DNA of 64,000 bases from an uncultured SAR86 cluster bacterium (GTDB lineage Bacteria; Pseudomonadota; Gammaproteobacteria; Magnimaribacterales; D2472): NCBI GenBank assembly GCA_902520495.1, contig CABYNW010000002.1, forward strand, positions 67,785-131,784, read 5' to 3'. Under the pieces are notes generated by a model. The model had not been told where the DNA came from. It made no database searches and saw only the letters and a program-made list of their open reading frames with translations. Below are positions 29,519 through 39,260 of this stretch, one piece after another (position 1 is the first letter of the stretch; each line of letters opens with the position of its first letter). A program made the translations under genes and the position numbers.

Positions 29519-32155
29519 TTGTCATCAAAAGATATAGACCCAATTGAAACCTCCGAATGGCTTGAAGCTATAAATAGCGTAATAGAAGAAGAGGGTGTTG
29601 AAAGGGCATCATATTTACTAACCAAATTAGCAGAAAGACTAAATCAAGAAGGTGCAATTCCTTCATACAATCTAACGACTCCATTTAAGAACACTATTCC
29701 CGCAAAAGATGAGGCACAAATGCCTGGCGATCTATTCATGGAAAGGAGAATTAGATCTTTAATAAGATGGAATGCACTTGTAATGGTATTAAGGGCAAAT
29801 AAAAATGATGATGAATTAGGAGGACATATAGCAACTTTTTCATCTGCTGCCACTCTTTATGATGTTGGGTTTAACTATTTTTTTAGAGGATCAAATAATC
29901 ATTTGGAGGATCTTGTTTATTATCAAGGACATTCGTCACCGGGAATATACGCAAGAAGTTTTTTAGAAGGATACTTAAATGAGGAAGATCTTAATAATTT
30001 TAGAAAAGAGGTAGATAAACCCGGATTATCATCCTACCCTCATCCATGGCTAATGCCAGAATATTGGCAATTTCCAGTTGTATCAATGGGATTAGGACCA
30101 ATTTTAGGCATATATCAGGCTCACATCATGCGATACATTTCTGCAAGAGGTTTAGTTCCAAGAAATGATAGGAAAGTTTGGGTTTTTTGTGGTGATGGAG
30201 AGATGGATGAACCGGAATCAAAAGGAGCAATTGGTCTAGCTGGAAGAGAACAGTTAGAAAATTTAATATTTGTAGTTAATTGTAATTTACAAAGATTAGA
30301 TGGTCCTGTTAGGGGTAACGGAAAAATAATTCAAGAATTAGAAGGTTCCTTTAGAGGAGCTGGATGGAATGTAATCAAAGTTGTTTGGGGAAGGTCGTGG
30401 GATCCATTAATTGCCAAAGATACCGAGGGAAAACTTCAAGAAATAATGGATGCTGTTGTTGACGGAGAATTACAAAACTTTAAGGCAAAAGGCGGCGCCT
30501 ATACAAGAGAGAATTTCTTTGCTAAAAATCCATCTACATTAGAGATGGTCAAAGATCTTTCTGATGAGGATATATACAGATTAAATAGAGGGGGTCATGA
30601 TCCCTACAAAGTATATGCAGCTTATCACAAAGCAATAAACTCTAAAGGAGCACCTACTGTAATTCTCGCTTTAACAACAAAAGGTTATGGAACAGGCTCT
30701 AGAGAAGCGGATAATACTACACACCAAGTTAAAAAATTATCGATGGAAAATATCAAATCTTTTAGAGATAGATTTGATATTCCTGTTTCAGACTCTGATA
30801 TTGCAGATTTGCCTTATGTAAGGCCTACAGAAGATTCTCCAGAAATACAGTATCTTAAAAAAACTAGAGAAAAATTAGGTGGATTTATACCTCGAAGAAG
30901 AACAATGTCAGAAAAATTACCAATGCCAAATAATCAAGTATTTGAAAAATTATATGAATCTAGTGGCGATAGAAAAATTTCAACAACAATGGCGTTGGTC
31001 AGAATTATTACCGATCTTCTAAAAGATAATGATATAGGTAATAGGATTGTTCCAATTGTTCCTGATGAAGCTAGAACATTTGGCATGGAAGCTTTATTTA
31101 GACAAGTTGGAATTTATTCATCTGCTGGACAAAAATATGAACCTGAAGATGCTGATAAAGTTATGTGGTACAAGGAATCAAAAGATGGGGTCATGCTAGA
31201 GGAAGGCATAACTGAGGCTGGGGCCTTTAGTGCATGGACAGCTCTTGCTACAGCATATACCAATTATGATTTTCCAATGATTCCCTTTTATTTATTTTAT
31301 TCAATGTTTGGATTTCAGAGAGTTCATGATCTTTCATGGGCTGCAGGAGATGCACAAGCAAAAGGTTTTTTAATTGGAGCAACTTCTGGAAGAACTACTC
31401 TCAATGGTGAAGGACTTCAACACCAAGATGGCCACAGTCATATTCTTTCTTCTACTATTCCAAATTGTTTGTCCTACGACCCTGCTTATGCATATGAAGT
31501 AGCAGTTATTGTGAAAGACGGGATTCAAAAGATGTATGTAGATCAAGAAAATTATTTTTACTATATTACAACCATTAATGAAAATTATTTACACCCTGAA
31601 ATGCCAAAAGGCTGTGAAGATGGAATTATTAAGGGCATGTATAAAATTCAATCAGTTGAGAATCCAAAGGTACGGTTACTTGGATCTGGAGCAATTTTAA
31701 ATGAAGCAATTAAAGCCTCAGAGATTTTAAAAAAATATGAGATAGATTCTGAAATTTGGAGTGTAACAAGTTTTAACTTGCTTAGAAAAAATGGAATGGA
31801 GACTGAAAGATTTAATCAATTAAACCCTTTTGATGATGCAAAACTAACATATGTTGAGGAATGTTTTATCGATAATGATATACCTACTATTGCGGCAACA
31901 GACTACATGAGAACATATGCTGAACAGATTAGGCCATATATTGCTAGTCAATATGCAACACTTGGAACTGATGGATATGGAAGAAGCGATTCAAGAGAAA
32001 CTTTAAGAGATTTTTTTGAAGTCAATGCTAAAAGTATTGCCAGATCCTCCATATATTTACTTTATCAAGAAGACTTTTTATCAAAAGATGAATTAGAAAA
32101 GATATATAAAGATCTAAAGGTCGATCCTAAGAAACCAAATCCTTGGCAAGTTTGA
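29519..32155 (+). CDS. aceE: Pyruvate dehydrogenase E1 component (homodimeric type)
   Basis: It is 878 aa. DIDPIETSEWLEAINSVIEEEGVERASYLL parallels the E. coli AceE N-terminus, and a GDGEMDEPES ThDP motif is present. The TTG start has AGGAG upstream. Confidence 0.93.
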   Translation: MSSKDIDPIETSEWLEAINSVIEEEGVERASYLLTKLAERLNQEGAIPSYNLTTPFKNTIPAKDEAQMPGDLFMERRIRSLIRWNALVMVLRANKNDDELGGHIATFSSAATLYDVGFNYFFRGSNNHLEDLVYYQGHSSPGIYARSFLEGYLNEEDLNNFRKEVDKPGLSSYPHPWLMPEYWQFPVVSMGLGPILGIYQAHIMRYISARGLVPRNDRKVWVFCGDGEMDEPESKGAIGLAGREQLENLIFVVNCNLQRLDGPVRGNGKIIQELEGSFRGAGWNVIKVVWGRSWDPLIAKDTEGKLQEIMDAVVDGELQNFKAKGGAYTRENFFAKNPSTLEMVKDLSDEDIYRLNRGGHDPYKVYAAYHKAINSKGAPTVILALTTKGYGTGSREADNTTHQVKKLSMENIKSFRDRFDIPVSDSDIADLPYVRPTEDSPEIQYLKKTREKLGGFIPRRRTMSEKLPMPNNQVFEKLYESSGDRKISTTMALVRIITDLLKDNDIGNRIVPIVPDEARTFGMEALFRQVGIYSSAGQKYEPEDADKVMWYKESKDGVMLEEGITEAGAFSAWTALATAYTNYDFPMIPFYLFYSMFGFQRVHDLSWAAGDAQAKGFLIGATSGRTTLNGEGLQHQDGHSHILSSTIPNCLSYDPAYAYEVAVIVKDGIQKMYVDQENYFYYITTINENYLHPEMPKGCEDGIIKGMYKIQSVENPKVRLLGSGAILNEAIKASEILKKYEIDSEIWSVTSFNLLRKNGMETERFNQLNPFDDAKLTYVEECFIDNDIPTIAATDYMRTYAEQIRPYIASQYATLGTDGYGRSDSRETLRDFFEVNAKSIARSSIYLLYQEDFLSKDELEKIYKDLKVDPKKPNPWQV

Positions 32156-33450
32156 TGTCTAAGATTATTACAATAAATCTTCCTGACTTTGGGGAGTTCG
32201 ATGATGTTGAGGTTATTGAGATTTGTGTAAAAGAAGACCAGAAAGTTGATTCAGAAGAGCCAATAGTAGTTCTTGAAACTGATAAAGCAGCTATGGAAAT
32301 ACCGGCTTCTGTGGATGGTATTGTTAAAAGGGTTTTGCTAAATGAAGGAGATAAAGCAAAGATAGGCATACCTTTCCTAGAAATTGAGATCAATGAATCT
32401 CTTCAAAACCAATCTGAAGATGAATCCTTAAATAAACAGCAAAGTGTTGTTGATGAAGAGGTTCCTGTAAAAGAAGAATTGCCATCAGCTGTTGAAGATG
32501 TTGCTGATGTGATGTCTGACTATGGACAAGGTAGTTCAAACTTTAATAAAGTTAAAACAAACTCTGTTCATTCGGGTCCTGCAACTAGAAAGTTAGCAAG
32601 AGAGTTTGGTATTGATCTTAATATGGTAAATGGATCTGGTCCAAAGCGCAGAATTTTGAAAGAAGATCTTCATGATTATGTTAAAAATGCTCTTAAAGAC
32701 CAATCTCAAAATCTAAACATACCTCAACAACCAGAAATTGATTTTTCTAAATGGGGCGCTACAAAGATTGAAAAGCTTTCCAAATTCCAAAAAAGCTCAT
32801 TAAAAAACTTGCATTCGTCATGGATTACCATTCCTCATGTAACTCAGCATGATGATGCAGATATAACTAATTTACTAAAGCTTCGTGAAAAGTTATTTAA
32901 GAAAAATAAAATTAAAATTTCACCGTTAGCTTATATTGTTAAATGTACAGCAAAAACACTAAAAGATTTTCCTGAAATGAATTCTTCACTTTCTTCAAAG
33001 ATGGATTCCTTGATATATAAGGATTTCTATAATATTGGGATAGCTGTAGACACAGATGCTGGGTTGATAGTACCAAATGTTAAAAATGTGGATCAAAAAT
33101 CAATTGTAGAAATTTCGTCTGAAATAAATGATCTAGCAAATCTTGCAAAGAAACGACGTTTATCCAATGACCATCTGAGTGGCGCAACATTTACAATATC
33201 CTCCCTTAGTGGAGTTGGAGGAAAGTTTTTTACACCAATTATCAACCCTCCAGAAGTAGGTATATTAGGATTATCAAAAACTTATGATGCAGTTATGATA
33301 GACAAAATGAAGTTACATACCAAAAAGCAATTACCTATATCATTGTCTTATGATCATAGGGTCATCAATGGGGTTTATGCAGTAAAATTTTTAACTAAGT
33401 TAATGCAATATTTAAATGATAGTAAATATTTAGAAAGCTCATTCAAATAA
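32155..33450 (+). CDS. aceF: Dihydrolipoamide acetyltransferase E2 with a single lipoyl domain
   Basis: It has one lipoyl motif (LETDKAAMEIPA), an E3-binding segment (GPATRKLAREFGIDL) and a catalytic SLSYDHRVINGV. Its ATG overlaps the aceE TGA (TGATG). Confidence 0.9.
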   Translation: MSKIITINLPDFGEFDDVEVIEICVKEDQKVDSEEPIVVLETDKAAMEIPASVDGIVKRVLLNEGDKAKIGIPFLEIEINESLQNQSEDESLNKQQSVVDEEVPVKEELPSAVEDVADVMSDYGQGSSNFNKVKTNSVHSGPATRKLAREFGIDLNMVNGSGPKRRILKEDLHDYVKNALKDQSQNLNIPQQPEIDFSKWGATKIEKLSKFQKSSLKNLHSSWITIPHVTQHDDADITNLLKLREKLFKKNKIKISPLAYIVKCTAKTLKDFPEMNSSLSSKMDSLIYKDFYNIGIAVDTDAGLIVPNVKNVDQKSIVEISSEINDLANLAKKRRLSNDHLSGATFTISSLSGVGGKFFTPIINPPEVGILGLSKTYDAVMIDKMKLHTKKQLPISLSYDHRVINGVYAVKFLTKLMQYLNDSKYLESSFK

Positions 33451-33496
33451 TTGTTACAATATATCCCGTAAATTTCATTTATATAAGTAGGCATTT

Positions 33497-35062
33497 ATGT
33501 TTAATACCTTAGATTGGTTAATCGTAGGATTTTATTGTGTTGGAATAATTAGTCTTGCAACATATGTTTCAAGAAAAAAATCAGGTGTAGAACGAAGTGC
33601 TGAAGACTATTTTTTAGCAGGAAGATCACTTCCATGGTGGGCAATAGGAGCTTCTCTAATAGCAGCAAATATTTCTGCAGAACAAATTATCGGTATGTCT
33701 GGTCAAGGTTTTGTTGTTGGTATGGCTATCGCTGTATGGGAATTGACTGCAGCAATAGCTTTAATAGTAATGGCTAAATATTTCTTACCTTTATTTCTAG
33801 AAAAAAAAATATATACAATGCCTCAGTTTTTGGAACAAAGGTTTGATAAAAGAGTTAGCTTAGTTCTATCGTTCTTTTGGCTTACAGTTTATATATTTGT
33901 AAATTTGACAGCTGTTTTATGGCTCGGATCAATTGCAATTAATACGCTTACTGGATTATCGCTAACAAATGGAATGATTCTTTTAGCAATATTATCGCTA
34001 GCATATTCTTTATCAGGTGGATTAAAGGCAGTTGCAATGACGGATATAGTTCAAGTAGTTCTTTTGATATTTGGTGGATTGGCAGTTTCATATATAGCGC
34101 TTTCAAAAATTGGTAATGGATATATTGGAACAGGATTTATTGAAGTGTATCAACAAATGCCAGAAAAATTTGACATGATTCTTTCGCCAGATAATCCCTC
34201 TTATAGCAATCTTCCAGGTATTTGGATTTTAATTGGAGCAGGTGTTTGGATAGGTCATTTTGCTTATTGGGGGTTCAATCAATATATAACTCAAAGAGCT
34301 CTTGGAGCAAAATCTTTAAAAGAAGCCCAAAAGGGAGTTATGTTTGCAGCTTACTTAAAACTCTTAATGCCATTAGTTATTGTTTTGCCTGGCATATGTG
34401 CAGCAGTTCTTTTCCCTATTCTAGAAAAAACTGACCAAGCGTATCCAACGATGATGATTGAATTATTGCCGAATGGGCTACTTGGATTAACTTTTGCAGC
34501 ATTGATAGCTGCAATTGTTTCGTCTTTAGCATCAATGACTAATAGTATTAGTACTATTTTTACCATGGATGTTTGCAGATCTTTTTCAAAAAATGAGATA
34601 TCTCAATCCAATCTTATTTATATCGGTAGATCAGCTGTTGTTATCTCAATGCTGATTGCTTTAATAGTTGCAAAACCTATTTTAGGTAATTCTGATCAGA
34701 TATTTCAATACATTCAGAACTTTACAGGTTTATTCACACCTGGAATTTTAGTCATATTCCTTGTTGCTTTATTTTGGAAAAAGGCAACTACGCTTTCTGT
34801 GCTTATTGCAGCAATACTTTCAGTATTTATGTCTATAGTTATTCAAGCCACTTTTCCTGAATTCCCATATATACATAGAATGGGTGCAGTTTTCTTTGCT
34901 TCTGGTTTTGGTTGTTTTATAACCTCATACTTGCAAGGTTATAGAGATCAGGAAAAAGCTATTGATTTAAGTGGAATAAACTTCTCAACTTCAAAAGCAT
35001 TCAATGCAAATGCCTTAATAATTGTATCCGTATTAACTTTAATATATGTAACCTTAGGATAA
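33497..35062 (+). CDS. Sodium:solute symporter (SSF/SGLT family)
   Basis: It is 521 aa and polytopic. FLAGRSLPWWAIGASLIAANISAEQ, KAVAMTDIVQ and WGFNQYITQRALGAKS are present. Confidence 0.85.
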   Translation: MFNTLDWLIVGFYCVGIISLATYVSRKKSGVERSAEDYFLAGRSLPWWAIGASLIAANISAEQIIGMSGQGFVVGMAIAVWELTAAIALIVMAKYFLPLFLEKKIYTMPQFLEQRFDKRVSLVLSFFWLTVYIFVNLTAVLWLGSIAINTLTGLSLTNGMILLAILSLAYSLSGGLKAVAMTDIVQVVLLIFGGLAVSYIALSKIGNGYIGTGFIEVYQQMPEKFDMILSPDNPSYSNLPGIWILIGAGVWIGHFAYWGFNQYITQRALGAKSLKEAQKGVMFAAYLKLLMPLVIVLPGICAAVLFPILEKTDQAYPTMMIELLPNGLLGLTFAALIAAIVSSLASMTNSISTIFTMDVCRSFSKNEISQSNLIYIGRSAVVISMLIALIVAKPILGNSDQIFQYIQNFTGLFTPGILVIFLVALFWKKATTLSVLIAAILSVFMSIVIQATFPEFPYIHRMGAVFFASGFGCFITSYLQGYRDQEKAIDLSGINFSTSKAFNANALIIVSVLTLIYVTLG

Positions 35063-35069
35063 ATAATCC

Positions 35070-36941
35070 ATGAAAAAGTTCTTAGTAATTTTTATTATTT
35101 TCAACACCCATATCTTATCTTCTATTGATTGGTCTGATCCAAATGAATGCAAATTACCTGATCACTCAGAATTTATTAATTCATTAGTTAGTGAAATGAC
35201 TATAGAACAAAAGGTAGGTCAGATAATTATGCCCGAAATCAATAGTGTTTCACCCAATCAAGCTAAAAAGTATCATTTTGGAACTATTTTAAATGGCGGA
35301 GGAGGCTTTCCAAATCAAAACAAGAATAGCGCCATTGAAGATTGGAAAACTTTAAGTAATAAGTATTATGATGTTTCAACAGAAGTTAATGGTATTAAGA
35401 TACCTATTTTATGGGGAACAGATGCCGTTCATGGCCATAACAATGTTATAGGTGCAACAATTTTTCCTCATAATATTGCTCTCGGTGCAACTCGAAATTC
35501 TGAATTATTAAAAAAAATTGGAAGTGCTGTTGCAAAAGAAGTAGCGTCAACAGGAATAATATGGACTTTTGCTCCAACCATCGCAGTGCCCCAAAATGAC
35601 TTATGGGGAAGGACATACGAAGGTTATTCTGAAAATCCAGAACTGGTATCAATTCTTGGTAAAAATTTTATTCTTGGCTTACAAGGAGAGAAAGATGAGT
35701 TTCTTGATAATATGCACATCTTGGCTACAGCAAAGCATTTTCTAGGTGATGGAGGGACTTATCAAGGTATTGATCAAGGGGATACCATTGTAAATGAAAT
35801 AACCTTAAAGAATATTCATGGAATGCCTTATTACGATGCAATTGATTCTTGTGCTCTTTCTATCATGGCTAGCTTTAATTCATGGAATGGGTTGAAGAGT
35901 CATGGCAATAAATATTTATTAATAGATATTTTAAAATCTCAAATGAATTTTGATGGGTTTATTGTTGGCGATTGGAACGGTCACGGTCAGATTGAAGGTT
36001 GTGAGGATTCAAATTGCTCTGAAGCATTTAATGCTGGTGTTGATATCTTTATGGTCCCCACTGAATGGGAGAGCCTGTATTGGAATACTCTAAATCAAGT
36101 TAATTCTGGTGAAATAACTATTGCAAGACTTGATGATGCAGTAAGAAGAATTCTTAAAGTTAAAAAATATTTAGGTCTTTTTGATAAAAGAATACCTCAT
36201 GAGTTCAATGAGAATTATGTTGGAAATAAATCTCATAGGGATATTGCACGTCAAGCTGTAAGAGAATCTTTAGTACTTTTAAAGAATGCAGATTCTGTTT
36301 TACCTTTTAACCCAAGTAGTAACGTTTTAATTATTGGTGAGCAATCAAAATATATTGAGAACCAGATGGGAGGGTGGACAATAACTTGGCAAGGAAAGAC
36401 GTGGGAAGGGGTAGAGCTATCTAATGATGATTTTCCTAATACACTCAGCATCTTTGATTCATTATCAAATCATATTACGAGATCTGGTGGTTATGTAGAG
36501 TTTTCAACAGACGGCACTTATGATCAGAGACCTGACTATGTAATCATGGTCTATGGCGAGACACCTTATGCTGAAGGAGAGGGTGATATAAAAAGTTTAG
36601 ATTTTAGTGCAAGAAATCTTAATATTATTAAGACAATGGAAAGACTTTCTAATGAACAGATACCAATTATATCTTTATTTATCACTGGAAGACCTTTGAT
36701 AGTTGACGATGAACTAAGTTTATCTGATGCTTTTGTAAGTATTTGGCATCCTGGTACCGCAGTGGAAGGAATCAATGATGTCATTTTTTCTAATCTAAAT
36801 AATACTATTAACTACAATTTTACTGGCAAGTTACCATATTCTTGGCCAGGCAGGCTATCTATAAACCCTTTAAATATTGGAGATAAAGAATATAACCCTT
36901 TATATGAATACGGTTATGGACTTTCATACCGAGACCAATAG
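35070..36941 (+). CDS. Periplasmic GH3 beta-glucosidase/exo-beta-glucanase
   Basis: It has a signal peptide. GTDAVHGHNNV, KHFLGDGGT, FIVGDWNGH (nucleophile Asp) and GETPYAEGEGD are present. Confidence 0.88.
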   Translation: MKKFLVIFIIFNTHILSSIDWSDPNECKLPDHSEFINSLVSEMTIEQKVGQIIMPEINSVSPNQAKKYHFGTILNGGGGFPNQNKNSAIEDWKTLSNKYYDVSTEVNGIKIPILWGTDAVHGHNNVIGATIFPHNIALGATRNSELLKKIGSAVAKEVASTGIIWTFAPTIAVPQNDLWGRTYEGYSENPELVSILGKNFILGLQGEKDEFLDNMHILATAKHFLGDGGTYQGIDQGDTIVNEITLKNIHGMPYYDAIDSCALSIMASFNSWNGLKSHGNKYLLIDILKSQMNFDGFIVGDWNGHGQIEGCEDSNCSEAFNAGVDIFMVPTEWESLYWNTLNQVNSGEITIARLDDAVRRILKVKKYLGLFDKRIPHEFNENYVGNKSHRDIARQAVRESLVLLKNADSVLPFNPSSNVLIIGEQSKYIENQMGGWTITWQGKTWEGVELSNDDFPNTLSIFDSLSNHITRSGGYVEFSTDGTYDQRPDYVIMVYGETPYAEGEGDIKSLDFSARNLNIIKTMERLSNEQIPIISLFITGRPLIVDDELSLSDAFVSIWHPGTAVEGINDVIFSNLNNTINYNFTGKLPYSWPGRLSINPLNIGDKEYNPLYEYGYGLSYRDQ

Positions 36942-36947
36942 ACTCAA

Positions 36948-37856
36948 ATGCCTTACAAACTATTATTAATTGATATCGGCGGTACAAATATGCGTCATGC
37001 AATAGCATCGTCAGACTCAGATGAGATTAATGATATCAATAAAACTGTTTTTGCTAACATGGACGAGTTTGAAGATAAGCTCAAAGCTCTGATAGATATA
37101 AATAACATTGATATATTAATTTCTTCTGTGGCAGGCCCAAAAATTAATAATTCTATTTCAATGACAAATCGAAATTACATTTTTGATGCCAATAAAATAT
37201 TAAAAAAGTTTGACTTAAAGGAGTGTTATTTACTCAATGACTGGGAAGCAATTGCTTATAGTTATGATTATGTAAAAGATAGTATTAAAAATATTAAAGA
37301 AGGAGAATCATTCAATGAAAACACTCTTTATTTAGGCCCAGGCACTGGATTAGGAGCAGCTCTTTCAATTAACAATAAAACTGTTCTTGCAACTGAAATT
37401 GGTAATACAACTAATTCTGTTAAATATTTGATGGAAAATTTTAATATTGAACACGATAATCTCCACTCTTTAGAGGATGTGATATCAGGTTCTGCAATAT
37501 CATCAATTTATAAATTGAAGACAAATATATCTATTTCATCTGAACAAATTCTTAAGAAATATGAAGAAAAAGAGCAAATAGCTATCGAAGTTATAGACGG
37601 TTTTATTAGATCTTTAGCGAAATTGTTGTCAGATTTAGCATTAACCTTTAATACAGGAAAGGGCATATTGTTAGCAGGAAGTTTAATAAGAAGTCTTTAC
37701 CCAATAATAAATAAAAATGACTTCCGTGAAGCATTTATTGATAATAAAAAAGAAATACATAAAGATATGCTAGATTTAATTTCAATCGGAGTAATAACTA
37801 AAGAAAGAACCCCTTTATATGGAAATCTTAATTTCTATAAAAAATTAAAAAATTAA
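36948..37856 (+). CDS. glk: Glucokinase
   Basis: LLIDIGGTNMRHA (compare E. coli Glk LVGDVGGTNARLA), LNDWEAIAY and GPGTGLGAA are present. Confidence 0.8.
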   Translation: MPYKLLLIDIGGTNMRHAIASSDSDEINDINKTVFANMDEFEDKLKALIDINNIDILISSVAGPKINNSISMTNRNYIFDANKILKKFDLKECYLLNDWEAIAYSYDYVKDSIKNIKEGESFNENTLYLGPGTGLGAALSINNKTVLATEIGNTTNSVKYLMENFNIEHDNLHSLEDVISGSAISSIYKLKTNISISSEQILKKYEEKEQIAIEVIDGFIRSLAKLLSDLALTFNTGKGILLAGSLIRSLYPIINKNDFREAFIDNKKEIHKDMLDLISIGVITKERTPLYGNLNFYKKLKN

Positions 37857-37894
37857 TAAAAACAGATATAGTTTGTGTATAATTCATTTCCATA

Positions 37895-38089
37895 ATGGCA
37901 GATAAAAAACAAACAAAAGTATATTTAATCCCTGAAGGTGAGACTAGAGATAGTCATACCTATCACTATACTGCTATCAAAACTAGAAGTTTTACTCTTG
38001 AAAACAAGAAAATGAGAATGAAAAAATTTAATCCTGTGAAAAGAGTGCACGAGTGGTTTGTTGAGGCAAAGCTGCCACCACATAATTAA
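37895..38089 (+). CDS. Small basic protein with divergent ribosomal-protein-L33-like pattern
   Basis: It is 64 aa. The segment KVYLIPEG...YHYTAIKTR...KKMRMKKFNPVKRVHEWFVEAKL parallels E. coli L33 ([48 protein letters not shown], recalled from memory). Confidence 0.4.
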   Translation: MADKKQTKVYLIPEGETRDSHTYHYTAIKTRSFTLENKKMRMKKFNPVKRVHEWFVEAKLPPHN

Positions 38090-39192
38090 TTTTTAGTCAG
38101 TCTTAGTTCTGTAGATGATATATCATCTCTGAAGCTATTTTCTTCAAAACCAGTGCATCTAGAACTTATTATCTCTGGAACATTAATTTTATCCAGAGAA
38201 ATAAAATTTTTACCGACCTTTCTCCCAAAAACTAAGAAGTTAATATTATGATCATTAAATCTTTGAATGTGTTCCATCATATCTTTATGACTTTTATAAA
38301 ATTTTTCATCAAATACTCTTAATAAAGTATCAGCACCTATTATAAATACAGAGTTTGGAAACATTTCTGCCTTTTCACTAAATCTACCCGCAGAGGTTAA
38401 CATCCAACTTTCATCATTTTGAAACTGATCTATTGTTCTTTTAATTTCATAAAATGTTAAGGGTGGCTTATCAGCATTTTTAGCACAAATCTCAAATGTA
38501 GTATGCATGCCAGTTTTTTTCTCTGCTAGCTCCTTCATTTTTATATGACCCTCATGAAGAGGATTAAATGAACCAGGAAAAATGAGCTCTGGAGTATTTT
38601 TAATATTTGAAATATACCCAACTTTATTGTTGAATAATTTTTTCCATGAATTTTCTGCATTAACTTGGTTAATGGTTATTTTCTCTTCAATATCAGGAAG
38701 ATCACATTTAAAACCACAAGATTCTGATAATAGATTAATAACACAACCTGTAATCAATTCCTCTTCCATTTCTCTAGTTCTTTTTCCTTTATCTAAATAA
38801 CATTCAAGATACTTTGTATAGTCATGACTTTGAACAACAATAAAAAATTTGTGGTCGCCTTTCTTTTCATATGTTGTTGCTAAATTGGCAGTAATTGCTA
38901 TACCTAAGAGATATTTAGATTTTACGTTATTACCTATCCTAGAAGATTTTTTATATGCATTGGCTGCCATACTTAAACATGTATCAAGAGAGCAATAGTG
39001 ATCTGGTTTTTTGTTGAGAAATTCATCCATAGATTCTTTAGAATATGGAATATAGGATTCTAGAATAGTATTGCTTGCTCCAGGAACCTGTAACAAAGAA
39101 GATATAGCATTAGTTCCTCCACCACTTGAGACAATAACTAGCTTAAATGGAGAAGAATGTATTTTTTTTACAATGTTAAGATATTTATTCAA
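38086..39192 (-). CDS. Two-domain protein: CinA/PncC-like N-terminal domain fused to an NMN/NaMN adenylyltransferase-type nucleotidyltransferase
   Basis: The C-terminal half has FPGSFNPLHEGHIKM (HxGH) and a terminal ISSTELR. The N-terminal half (VSSGGGTNAISSLLQVPGASNTILESYIPYSKESMDEFL) resembles the CinA C-terminal/PncC pattern. Confidence 0.55.
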   Translation of the reverse strand: MNKYLNIVKKIHSSPFKLVIVSSGGGTNAISSLLQVPGASNTILESYIPYSKESMDEFLNKKPDHYCSLDTCLSMAANAYKKSSRIGNNVKSKYLLGIAITANLATTYEKKGDHKFFIVVQSHDYTKYLECYLDKGKRTREMEEELITGCVINLLSESCGFKCDLPDIEEKITINQVNAENSWKKLFNNKVGYISNIKNTPELIFPGSFNPLHEGHIKMKELAEKKTGMHTTFEICAKNADKPPLTFYEIKRTIDQFQNDESWMLTSAGRFSEKAEMFPNSVFIIGADTLLRVFDEKFYKSHKDMMEHIQRFNDHNINFLVFGRKVGKNFISLDKINVPEIISSRCTGFEENSFRDDISSTELRLTKN

Positions 39193-39260
39193 TTATGTAT
39201 TAGATTTTTTTATGGCTTCATTTTAACCCAATATTCATTTTTCATTGATAGAATAAATAT

